Below, in pieces: positions 27,605 to 35,569 of a stretch of 54,534 nucleotides of DNA; the stretch's first letter is position 1, and each line of letters opens with the position of its first letter. Where the stretch lies: contig JBASRJ010000114.1 in assembly GCA_049273785.1 (NCBI GenBank), positions 1 to 54,534 on the forward strand, in the 5' to 3' direction. Below the pieces are notes generated by a model that saw only the letters and a program-made list of their open reading frames with translations, did not search any database and had not been told where the DNA came from. The translations under genes were made by a program, and so were the position numbers. The stretch is from Gaiellaceae bacterium. Lineage in GTDB: Bacteria; Actinomycetota; Thermoleophilia; Gaiellales; Gaiellaceae.

Positions 27605-28709
27605 CTGCCGGCGTCGCTTCCGACACCGACGGGTTGGGTGCCGTCCAGTCGCAGACGACGCCGGCGTAGATCCACTTCGTCGCCTCGACGCCGATCATCA
27701 GCACGCGGTCGCCCTTCTTGACGAGCCCGGTCCGCCAGCCGTTGTCGAGGAAGAGCGGCACCGCGGCGCAGCCGACCGCGCCGGTCTGAGAGAGGTTGTC
27801 GAAGATCTTGCCTTCCATCGCCTGCCACTCGGCCGTCATCAGGCCCGCCTCGCGGAGCGAATCGAGCATCCACCCCACGTTCCCCTCCGGGATCAGGCAG
27901 TGGTCGATCGAGTCCGCGGGCACCCCACTTCGCGCGAGACAGTCGGACAGCGCCTCCGTGACCATGATCGGCGTGAAGTCCCCGGCGCCGACGACGTCGA
28001 CGCGGAGGTCGACGAGCTTCGGCTTCGCCTGCTGCACGTGCAGCGGCTCGTGCGACCCGCCTCCGACCGACCAGATTCCCGGCTTGCGCAGACCGCCGAT
28101 CGCGCGCATGGCGCCGGGCAACAGGCCGCCGTCCTCCTCTTTCGCTTGGATCACGGCCGCGGCCGCACCGTCGCCGAACATGTAGACGGGCATCTTGTCG
28201 CGCGCACGGATCTGGTCCGGCGTCTTGCCGAGGAAGATCGGCGCGAGCACGGGCGAAACCGACTCACTGCCGATCACGAGCGCGGTCTCGTACGAGCCCT
28301 GCTCGAGATAGAAGCGCGCGATGTCGACGCATTGCGGCCATCCCGCACCACCCGAGCGGATCTCGAGCGTCGCGCACTTCTCGATGCCGAGCTTCTCCTG
28401 CACCTGATTCACGACGGCGGGCAGCGGGTAGTCCGGCGTCCCGGTCGCCTGGATGATCAGGTCGACTTGACCCGGCTCGACGCCGGCCGACTCGAGCGCG
28501 GCAACGGCGGCTTTATAGGACATGTCGGAGTTGTTCTCGTTGTGCTCCCCCGTCTCGATGTCGATCTGCCAGAACCGCTGCTCGATCGACAGTCCTTCTG
28601 CGACCTCGGGAATGAGATCGCCGACGAGCTCCTGGATCCTGGACGTGGGGATGGGCTCGCCCGGCTGGTAGCCGCCGGTGCCGGTGATGTGTGCGCGTTT
28701 CTCGGTCAT
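27579..28709 (-). CDS. KASIII (FabH)-like thiolase-fold protein with a degenerate catalytic triad
   Basis: An ungapped 31-residue alignment by eye to E. coli FabH around Cys112 (GIKGCPAFDVAAACAGF vs GIEKCATLEIRSGGAGW) places Gly at the Cys position. The PHQAN region reads IPEGN and GNTSAAS reads SQTGAVG. Confidence 0.8.
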   Translation of the reverse strand: MTEKRAHITGTGGYQPGEPIPTSRIQELVGDLIPEVAEGLSIEQRFWQIDIETGEHNENNSDMSYKAAVAALESAGVEPGQVDLIIQATGTPDYPLPAVVNQVQEKLGIEKCATLEIRSGGAGWPQCVDIARFYLEQGSYETALVIGSESVSPVLAPIFLGKTPDQIRARDKMPVYMFGDGAAAAVIQAKEEDGGLLPGAMRAIGGLRKPGIWSVGGGSHEPLHVQQAKPKLVDLRVDVVGAGDFTPIMVTEALSDCLARSGVPADSIDHCLIPEGNVGWMLDSLREAGLMTAEWQAMEGKIFDNLSQTGAVGCAAVPLFLDNGWRTGLVKKGDRVLMIGVEATKWIYAGVVCDWTAPNPSVSEATPAGAAVGAEH

Positions 28710-28794
28710 GGGGACGATCCTCGCACTGCGGAGGGCACGAGTCTAGAACCCGGTAGGGTCAAAGGGTGCAGTCAGGCGTCCCCGCTGCGGCCAG

Positions 28795-29970
28795 ATGAGC
28801 GAGCTCAGCGGTCGGAAGATCATCGTCGTCGGTGCGGGCCTCGGAGGAGTGACAACCGCACTCGCACTGCGCAGGCGCGGTGCGTCGGTCATCGTCCTCG
28901 AGCGCGCGACCGCCCTGCGACAGATCCAGGTCGGCGGTGGGATCCACATGTGGCCGAACGGCCTCCGTGCGCTGGACGACGTCGGGATCTTCGCCGCGCT
29001 CCGAGATTCGATCAGGCCCGAAGCAGTCATGCGCGAGTCACGATTCGAGACGTCACGCGGGCGGCGAATCGCAACGATGCCACTCGAGGAGGACGAGGCT
29101 GGACTCCCGTCCTTCGCCGTGATTCGCGGCGAATTGCACGCGATGCTCGTCGAAGCCCTCGGTGACGACGTCATTCGACTGGGGTCCGTCGTCGTCGGGC
29201 TGACCGAAACGGATGACGGAATCGCAGCGCAACTCGAGGACGGCAGAACGGAGGCCGGCGATGCGCTCGTCGGAGCCGACGGTCTTCGCTCGGTCATGCG
29301 CCAGAGGCTCCTGGACGACGGCGCGCCGCGATTCGCCGGGTACTCGACCTGGACGGCCGTGACGAAGTTCGAGCATCCGGCCGCCCCGCCCGGCATCTTT
29401 CGCGTGCTCTTCGGACGCGGAGGCCGGTTCGTCTTCTATCCGGTCGGCGGCGGAAATGTCTACTGGGAAGGCATCCGCGCCGAGTCCCCGGATGGTCGAG
29501 ACGCCGAGGGCGGGCACCATGCAGCGGTGCTCGAGCGGTTCGGCGCCTGGTCCGAACCCGTCGCAGAACTGGTCAGGGCAACTCCCGAGGAGGTGATCGT
29601 GCGCGCCGACGTCTACGACCGCCCGGCGTCGAAGCGCTGGGGCACCGGCCACGCGACGCTCCTCGGCGACGCTGCGCATCCGATGACGAACGCGGTCGGA
29701 CAGGGAGCGAACCAGGCAATCGAGGACGCGATCGTACTCGCGCGCTGCCTGGCGCGAAACGACGATCCCGCAGCGGGCCTGCGTGAGTACGAACGTTTGC
29801 GACAGCCACGGACGGCAAGCTTCGTGCGGCTCTCGCACGTCCTCGCACGAACGGCGACGCTCAGGAATCCGATCGCCTGCGCTGTGCGGGACCGGTCGCT
29901 GCAGCTCGCGTTCCCGCGCATGCTCAAAAAGCAGCGTCAGGAACTCGCGTACGACGCACGCGCCGTATGA
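28795..29970 (+). CDS. FAD-dependent monooxygenase (paralog 2)
   Basis: IIVVGAGLGGVTTALAL, ADGLRSVMR and LLGDAAHPMTNAVGQGANQAIEDA. Confidence 0.9.
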   Translation: MSELSGRKIIVVGAGLGGVTTALALRRRGASVIVLERATALRQIQVGGGIHMWPNGLRALDDVGIFAALRDSIRPEAVMRESRFETSRGRRIATMPLEEDEAGLPSFAVIRGELHAMLVEALGDDVIRLGSVVVGLTETDDGIAAQLEDGRTEAGDALVGADGLRSVMRQRLLDDGAPRFAGYSTWTAVTKFEHPAAPPGIFRVLFGRGGRFVFYPVGGGNVYWEGIRAESPDGRDAEGGHHAAVLERFGAWSEPVAELVRATPEEVIVRADVYDRPASKRWGTGHATLLGDAAHPMTNAVGQGANQAIEDAIVLARCLARNDDPAAGLREYERLRQPRTASFVRLSHVLARTATLRNPIACAVRDRSLQLAFPRMLKKQRQELAYDARAV

Positions 29971-31127
29971 GCGGCGCGCGTCGCGTCATCGTCGTCGGTG
30001 GGAACATTGCAGGACTCGGGCTGGCGCTCGCGCTGAAAAGGCTTGGACTCGATCCCGTCGTGCTCGAGCGAATGCCGTCCCGGGTGGACGTCGGCGGCGG
30101 TCTTCACATCTGGACCAACGGCGCGAAGGCGCTCCGCTGGCTCGGCGTCGACGAAACGCTCCGAGCTGTCGGAACGAATGTCGAGAGGCTCGAGTTCCGT
30201 ACACGCGGCGGAGCCGTCATCATGACCGCGCCACTCGGGGACTTCGGCCGCCGTTACGGGGATGCGGCGTTCTTCATTCCCCGTGTCGCGCTGCCACGCA
30301 CGCTGCTGGAGGCCCTGGGGACGGATTCGGTCGAGTTCGGCGCCGAGTGTGTCGGCTACGAGCAGCGCGACGGCGGCGTGACCGCGCGTGTGGCCGACGG
30401 GCGAGAATTCCACGGCGACGTGCTCGTCGGCGCAGACGGGATCCGGTCCGGAGTCCGGGCGCAACTCGTCGGCGATGTCCAGCCGAGACATGCGGGCTAT
30501 CAGGACTGGGGCGCGATCGTGCAGATCGACGGCCTCGAGGTGCCACCCGGGGTCTTCTGGACGATCTTCGGGTCGGGCGCACGCGCCGGGATTGCGCACG
30601 TCGGTCCCGGCCTCGTCTACTGGGCGACGTCGATCCGGCGCCCGCTGGCCGCGCCGGCACCTCCAATCCGCGAGCTGCAGGCGAGATTCGCGGACTGGCC
30701 GGAAGCCCTGCGCGTGTTGATCGACGCGACGCCCCCCGAGGTGTTCTACGGCGCAGACATCTTCGAGCTTCCGAAGCTGTCGAGGTGGACCGACCGGCGG
30801 GTCGCACTCATCGGCGACGGCGCACATGCGATGCAGCCCGGCGCGGGTCGCGGTGCGAGCGAGGGTCTCGTCGACGCGGTGACACTTGCCCGCACGCTCG
30901 CGTCGCTCGACGGTCTCGAAGACGGAACCTCGGTCGCCTCCGCACTCAAGAAGTGGGAGCGGAGCAGGAGGCGTGACACCGAGCCGATCGTCAAACGATC
31001 GCGGCAGATCGGCGAGCTCGGCATGTGGCAGGGTCGAACCGCGATGCGAGCCCGCCGCGTCTACATCGGCGCGATCGGGCGCTTCGTCATCCGGTCGATG
31101 GAGAAGGACTTCCGGGCGGAGATCTAG
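29967..31127 (+). CDS. FAD-dependent monooxygenase (paralog 3) with an atypical dinucleotide-binding motif
   Basis: VIVVGGNIAGLGLALAL has Asn in place of the central Gly. It also has ADGIRSGVR and LIGDGAHAMQPGAGRGASEGLVDA. ATGA overlap with paralog 2. Confidence 0.85.
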   Translation: MSGARRVIVVGGNIAGLGLALALKRLGLDPVVLERMPSRVDVGGGLHIWTNGAKALRWLGVDETLRAVGTNVERLEFRTRGGAVIMTAPLGDFGRRYGDAAFFIPRVALPRTLLEALGTDSVEFGAECVGYEQRDGGVTARVADGREFHGDVLVGADGIRSGVRAQLVGDVQPRHAGYQDWGAIVQIDGLEVPPGVFWTIFGSGARAGIAHVGPGLVYWATSIRRPLAAPAPPIRELQARFADWPEALRVLIDATPPEVFYGADIFELPKLSRWTDRRVALIGDGAHAMQPGAGRGASEGLVDAVTLARTLASLDGLEDGTSVASALKKWERSRRRDTEPIVKRSRQIGELGMWQGRTAMRARRVYIGAIGRFVIRSMEKDFRAEI

Positions 31128-31627
31128 CGTCTGCGCGAGCGGAGCTGGTACATCGCCCCGCGCGCGAAGTTGCGAAAGAACGACGCGATCATGCCGAGCG
31201 GCCCCGTTCCTGGCGGTGGCAAGACGCCCATCTGCTGCAAGCCGCCGACGGCGTCGAACTGCTGCCACACCTCGGTGAACTTCCCGTTCTCGAGATGGCA
31301 GATCACGTGCTCGGCCATCGAGACGCGGTTCCCGCTCGGGGGGATGCCCTGGAACTCGCCCAGGTGAGTTCCGACGAGCGTCACCCTGACCGCGACCTTG
31401 TCCTCGTCAGCGACGACGTCCTCGACTGTCACGCGAAGATCGGGAAACGTCACGAACGCCCGCTCGAAGAAGGCTCGAAACCCCTCCGGCCCGCGAACAG
31501 GCTCCGGCTCGGCGGCCGCGTGAAAGACGAAGTCGGGCGACACGACCTCGTCGATCGCGTCGAGGCGACGTTCGTTCAACGCTTCCTCGTAGAACCGGAG
31601 AATCAGCTGCCTGTTTGCCTCGGACAT
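31124..31627 (-). CDS. SnoaL/ester-cyclase-like NTF2-fold protein with a C-terminal amphipathic and basic tail
   Basis: NRQLILRFYEEALNERRLDAIDEVVSPDF...FPDLRVTVEDVV. The tail GMIASFFRNFARGAMYQLRSRRR parallels that of 13941-14504. Confidence 0.8.
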   Translation of the reverse strand: MSEANRQLILRFYEEALNERRLDAIDEVVSPDFVFHAAAEPEPVRGPEGFRAFFERAFVTFPDLRVTVEDVVADEDKVAVRVTLVGTHLGEFQGIPPSGNRVSMAEHVICHLENGKFTEVWQQFDAVGGLQQMGVLPPPGTGPLGMIASFFRNFARGAMYQLRSRRR

Positions 31628-31674
31628 GAGCCTGCCTCTCTTGGCGGTCGCGCGATCTTAGACGAGGCCTACCT

Positions 31675-33204
31675 TCACGAATCCGCCGGCACACGGAACT
31701 CAGGCACGAGAGCCTCATCCCCATCCTCGGCTAGCACCGCCCGCGCGGCGTGCATGCCGGAGAGAATCGTCCGGTACGAGCCGTGACCCGGTTGGGTCCA
31801 ATGTCCGGCGAGGTACAGGCCCGCGATCGACGTGACGATGGCCGGGCGACGGCTTCCCGTCGCGCTGGGGGAACTCTCCCAGCCGTAGAGCGCGCCTTGG
31901 CTGGTGCGGGACGAGGCCTCCAGGTCACGGGGCGTGAGCCAATCGACGAACGTCAGGTGGTCGCGGAACCCGGGGAAGAACGCGTCGAGCTCGGCCATGA
32001 GCAAGTCGGCATACGGGGCGGCCGCGGCGTCCCAATCCGCGCCGAGGTCGAACGGCGCCAACGCCCGTACGATGACGATGTGCTCTCCCGGTGGAGCGAG
32101 CGACGCGTCGTGCAGCGTCGGGACGCTGGCCCACTTCGCGGCAGGCATCCCCCCAACGGCGTCGCGGTACGACGCGTCGTGATCCCAGCTCGTGTACAGG
32201 AAGCTCTCGCGCGCCGCGCCGAGAGCCGCGAGGTCGAGGGTCGTTGCCGCAAAGAGGACAAACGCGGAGATCGACGGCTTCATCGCAGCAAGGCGGCGAA
32301 CGAACGGCGCCGGCAGCTGCTCGGCGCCGACCAACGTCTCGAAGGTCTGCCGCGCATCCGCATTGGAGATCACGACCGGCGCGCGTATCTCCGTCCCGTC
32401 GTCGAGCCCGACCCCGAGCACACGCCCGTCCTCGACGAGGATCCTCGTCACGTCGCGGCCGAGCAGGACATCACCGCCGCGAGCCTCGATCGCCTCGGTG
32501 AACGCGTCGGCAAGCCGCTGGAACGAGCCGCGACAAACGAGCACGCCCCGCGTGAGGAGCGCCAGGCCCTGGGCGCACGTGGAGAACGACAGTCGGGACG
32601 GCGGCAGACCCGCCCACGGCCAGCTCGCGGCAGCGACCGCCTTCAGTCGTTCGTCCTCGAACGAGTCGTCGAGCACATCGCCGAGTGTTGCGGTTCGGTA
32701 TCGAAAGAAAGTGGGAAAGCGTGCGGCCGCGCGGCCGAGGTCGTTGAACGAGAGGTGGAGCGGCAAGCGGTGGACGTCCTCGAGGATCTGGTCGCACAGC
32801 GCGAAGAACTGGCGGATCGCCTTCGCTTCTCGGGGAAACGCACTGCTGTGGGCGGCGACGATCTCCTCGCCGCCGATCGGCGCACGCAGGTCGAAGCCCG
32901 GTAGGACGACGCGGTAGAGGGTCCCGTCCACCGGAACCAGCTCGCAGAGCTCGCGCACGCCGAGGTGCGCGAGCAGGCCGTCGCGAAGCTCGCCCTCGGT
33001 TCCCTGCGGAATGTGGCAAATCGCCGGGTCGAAGACGTAGCCGTCACGCGTGACGGCACGTACCGAACCGCCGGGCTTCTCAGCGCGCTCGACGAGCACG
33101 ACCTTCCGGTTCGCTGCGGCCAGAAAAGCCGCGGCGGAGAGCCCGCCCAGCCCGGAGCCGACGACGACGGCGTCGACGCCGTCGCCGTCGCCGATCCGGG
33201 TCAA
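31675..33204 (-). CDS. CrtI/phytoene-desaturase-family FAD oxidoreductase (paralog 2)
   Basis: VDAVVVGSGLGGLSAAAFLAAANRKVVLVERAEKPGGS and a C-terminal GLYLAGHWTQPGHG. The preferred start is TTG at 33204, which overlaps the KS-CLF stop (TTGA). The ATG at 33291 would give a 91-nt overlap. Confidence 0.82.
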   Translation of the reverse strand: MTRIGDGDGVDAVVVGSGLGGLSAAAFLAAANRKVVLVERAEKPGGSVRAVTRDGYVFDPAICHIPQGTEGELRDGLLAHLGVRELCELVPVDGTLYRVVLPGFDLRAPIGGEEIVAAHSSAFPREAKAIRQFFALCDQILEDVHRLPLHLSFNDLGRAAARFPTFFRYRTATLGDVLDDSFEDERLKAVAAASWPWAGLPPSRLSFSTCAQGLALLTRGVLVCRGSFQRLADAFTEAIEARGGDVLLGRDVTRILVEDGRVLGVGLDDGTEIRAPVVISNADARQTFETLVGAEQLPAPFVRRLAAMKPSISAFVLFAATTLDLAALGAARESFLYTSWDHDASYRDAVGGMPAAKWASVPTLHDASLAPPGEHIVIVRALAPFDLGADWDAAAAPYADLLMAELDAFFPGFRDHLTFVDWLTPRDLEASSRTSQGALYGWESSPSATGSRRPAIVTSIAGLYLAGHWTQPGHGSYRTILSGMHAARAVLAEDGDEALVPEFRVPADS

Positions 33205-35552
33205 TCGAGCGGCGCCAGCACGATCGAGAAGTTCGTCCCGCCGAGGGAGAGGCTGTTCACGAGCACCGGGCCTGCGTTTCCGCCCTCCCAACTCTTGAGC
33301 GCGAGCGCCGCGTTCAGCGCGCCGCCTGCGCCCATCGGCTCGCCGAGCTTGAGCTTCGGCATCTGCACGTTGGCGTCGCTGCCGAAGACGCGCTCGATCG
33401 CCTGCCGCTCAGCCGGGTCGGCGTACTTGTGGCCGGACGCGTTCGCCCAGACGGCGACCACGTCCTCCGGCTTCAGCTCCGCGCGTTCGAGTGCCAGTCG
33501 CATCGCGCGTTCGATCCCCGCGCCGCTCTTGTCGATCAGGCCGACGCCTTCCGCGTCGGACGTGATCCCGTAGCCGAGCACCTCGCCGTAGATGCGCGCA
33601 CCTCGCTCCTTGGCCTTCGAGAGCCGTTCGACGACGAGCACGACTGAGCCCTCCGAGAGCGCGAACCCGTTGGCGCCGTTCGCGCCGGGCTCGGAGCTCG
33701 CAAGCGCGCCGAGCTCTCGGTACGCCTGCACGACCGTGTCCGTGATCGCGTCCGCCGCGATGCAGACCATCGCGTCCGCCTGGTTGAGAGCGGCAAGTTC
33801 GCAGGCGTAGATCAGCGCCGACGCGCCGGCGCCGTGGCCTGCCGTAACCGTCGACGCCGGTCCGACCGCGCCGATCTTGATCGCGACCTGTCCACCCGCG
33901 GCGTTGTAGACGGTGTTCGGGAAAACGGCCGGATTCGCCGCGCCCGCGCCCTCCTCGAACACGGGCCGAGAGAACTCCTCCATGCTCTCCATCGGGCCGA
34001 CGCCGGTGCCGATGATCGCCCCGATGCGCGCGCGATTGTCCTGCGTCACTTCGAGCGCGGCGTCCTCGAGCGCGAGCTTCGAGCCGATCAGCGAGAAGAG
34101 CCCCATGCGATCGACACGCTTGCGCTCCTTCGGCGGGAGGTACTGCGCAGGATCGAAGTCGACACGACCCACCAAGGAACCGTTCTCGACCGCCGCCGAC
34201 GTCTTCCCGTCGTTGAAGGCGTTCAACACCGTGGACGGATCGAGCCCGGCCGGGTTCAGCATCGCGATGCCCGTGATCACGACGCGGTCGAACTTCGGCA
34301 GGGGCGGCGCGCCGTCACGCGTGCCGGGACGTGCCCAGACCACACTCGCGTTGGCGCCGCCGAACGCGAAGTTGTTCGAGACGGCGACGTCCATCGGCAG
34401 CGCGCGCTGCTCGTTCGGGACGTAGTCCAGATCGCACTCGGGGTCCTGCTCCGTGTAGTTCGCGGTCGGCGGGGCGGTCTGGTTCTCGATCGCCTTGACG
34501 GTGACGATGTTCTCGACCGCGCCCGCAGCGCCGAGCAGGTGTCCGATCATCGACTTCGTGCTGCTGACGGCCGTGTCGTACGCGTGCTTGCCCAGCCCGA
34601 CCTTCGTCGCCGCCGTCTCGGCGGGGTCGTTCTTGGCCGTTCCGGTCCCGTGGCTGTTCACATAGGCGACGTCGTCCGGCGACGTGCCCGCGAAGCTGAG
34701 CGCAGCCTGGATCGCGCGGCCCGCGCCCTCACCCTCCGGGTGCGGGGCGGTCGGGTGGTAACCGTCGGCCGACAGGCTGTATCCGAGCTGCTCTGCGATC
34801 ACCGGCGCGCCGAACTCGCGCGCGAGGTCCTCGCGCATCAGCACCAGCATCCCGCTTCCCTCACCGAGGGACAGGCCCTCGCGGTCCCGGGAGTACGGCG
34901 CCGCCGGCTTCGGCGAGAGGGACTCCAGCGAGTTGAAGCCGGAATAGAGAACGCCGGAGAGCGCTTCGGCACCGCCAGTGAGCACGGCGTCCGCCTGCCC
35001 GTACCGGATCAGCTCGGCCGCGTAGCCGATCGCGTTGGCGCTTGCGGCGCAGGCGGTGTTGATCGAGAGCACCGGGCCCTTCACGTCGAACGCAGCGGCG
35101 AGCGCCTCGGCGAGCGCCTGCGGCGTTGACAGGAGCACGAGCTTCGGATCGGGCGACTCGCCCTTCATCTTCCCGATGTACCACTGCTCCGCCGCGAGCA
35201 GGCCGGCGTTGCATGTACCCACGACGATGCCCCAGCGCTCGGACGGAATCTTCCCGCCGGGGAGAACGCCGCACTGCTCGACCGCCTCCTCCGCCGCCTT
35301 GAGGGCGAAGTCGATCACCGGCTCGTGGTAGCCGTCCGGATGCATGTAGTCGTGCTGCGGCGCGACCTTGTCCTTGACCTCGCCGCCGAGCTTCGTCATG
35401 TACCCCTCCATCGGCACGTGCTCCATCTCGCGGATCGCGACGCGCCCCGCCCTGCTTCCTTCCCACAGGTCGTCGGCGCTCGGCCCCTGGCCCGTGATCG
35501 CGCCGACACCGGTGACGACAACTCGAATGGGCTCGCTGATCTTCTTGAACAC
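33201..35552 (-). CDS. Fused ketosynthase and chain-length-factor-like protein (KS-CLF in one 783-aa polypeptide)
   Basis: The N-terminal half has the full KS triad contexts (INTACAASANAIG, NSHGTGTAKNDPAE, KSMIGHLLGAAG). The C-terminal half is KS-fold but reads TVTAGHGAGAS, WANASGHKYADPAE and LKLGEPMGAGG at those positions. Confidence 0.9.
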   Translation of the reverse strand: MFKKISEPIRVVVTGVGAITGQGPSADDLWEGSRAGRVAIREMEHVPMEGYMTKLGGEVKDKVAPQHDYMHPDGYHEPVIDFALKAAEEAVEQCGVLPGGKIPSERWGIVVGTCNAGLLAAEQWYIGKMKGESPDPKLVLLSTPQALAEALAAAFDVKGPVLSINTACAASANAIGYAAELIRYGQADAVLTGGAEALSGVLYSGFNSLESLSPKPAAPYSRDREGLSLGEGSGMLVLMREDLAREFGAPVIAEQLGYSLSADGYHPTAPHPEGEGAGRAIQAALSFAGTSPDDVAYVNSHGTGTAKNDPAETAATKVGLGKHAYDTAVSSTKSMIGHLLGAAGAVENIVTVKAIENQTAPPTANYTEQDPECDLDYVPNEQRALPMDVAVSNNFAFGGANASVVWARPGTRDGAPPLPKFDRVVITGIAMLNPAGLDPSTVLNAFNDGKTSAAVENGSLVGRVDFDPAQYLPPKERKRVDRMGLFSLIGSKLALEDAALEVTQDNRARIGAIIGTGVGPMESMEEFSRPVFEEGAGAANPAVFPNTVYNAAGGQVAIKIGAVGPASTVTAGHGAGASALIYACELAALNQADAMVCIAADAITDTVVQAYRELGALASSEPGANGANGFALSEGSVVLVVERLSKAKERGARIYGEVLGYGITSDAEGVGLIDKSGAGIERAMRLALERAELKPEDVVAVWANASGHKYADPAERQAIERVFGSDANVQMPKLKLGEPMGAGGALNAALALKSWEGGNAGPVLVNSLSLGGTNFSIVLAPLD

Positions 35553-35569
35553 TGCTTCGCTCTCCTCCT

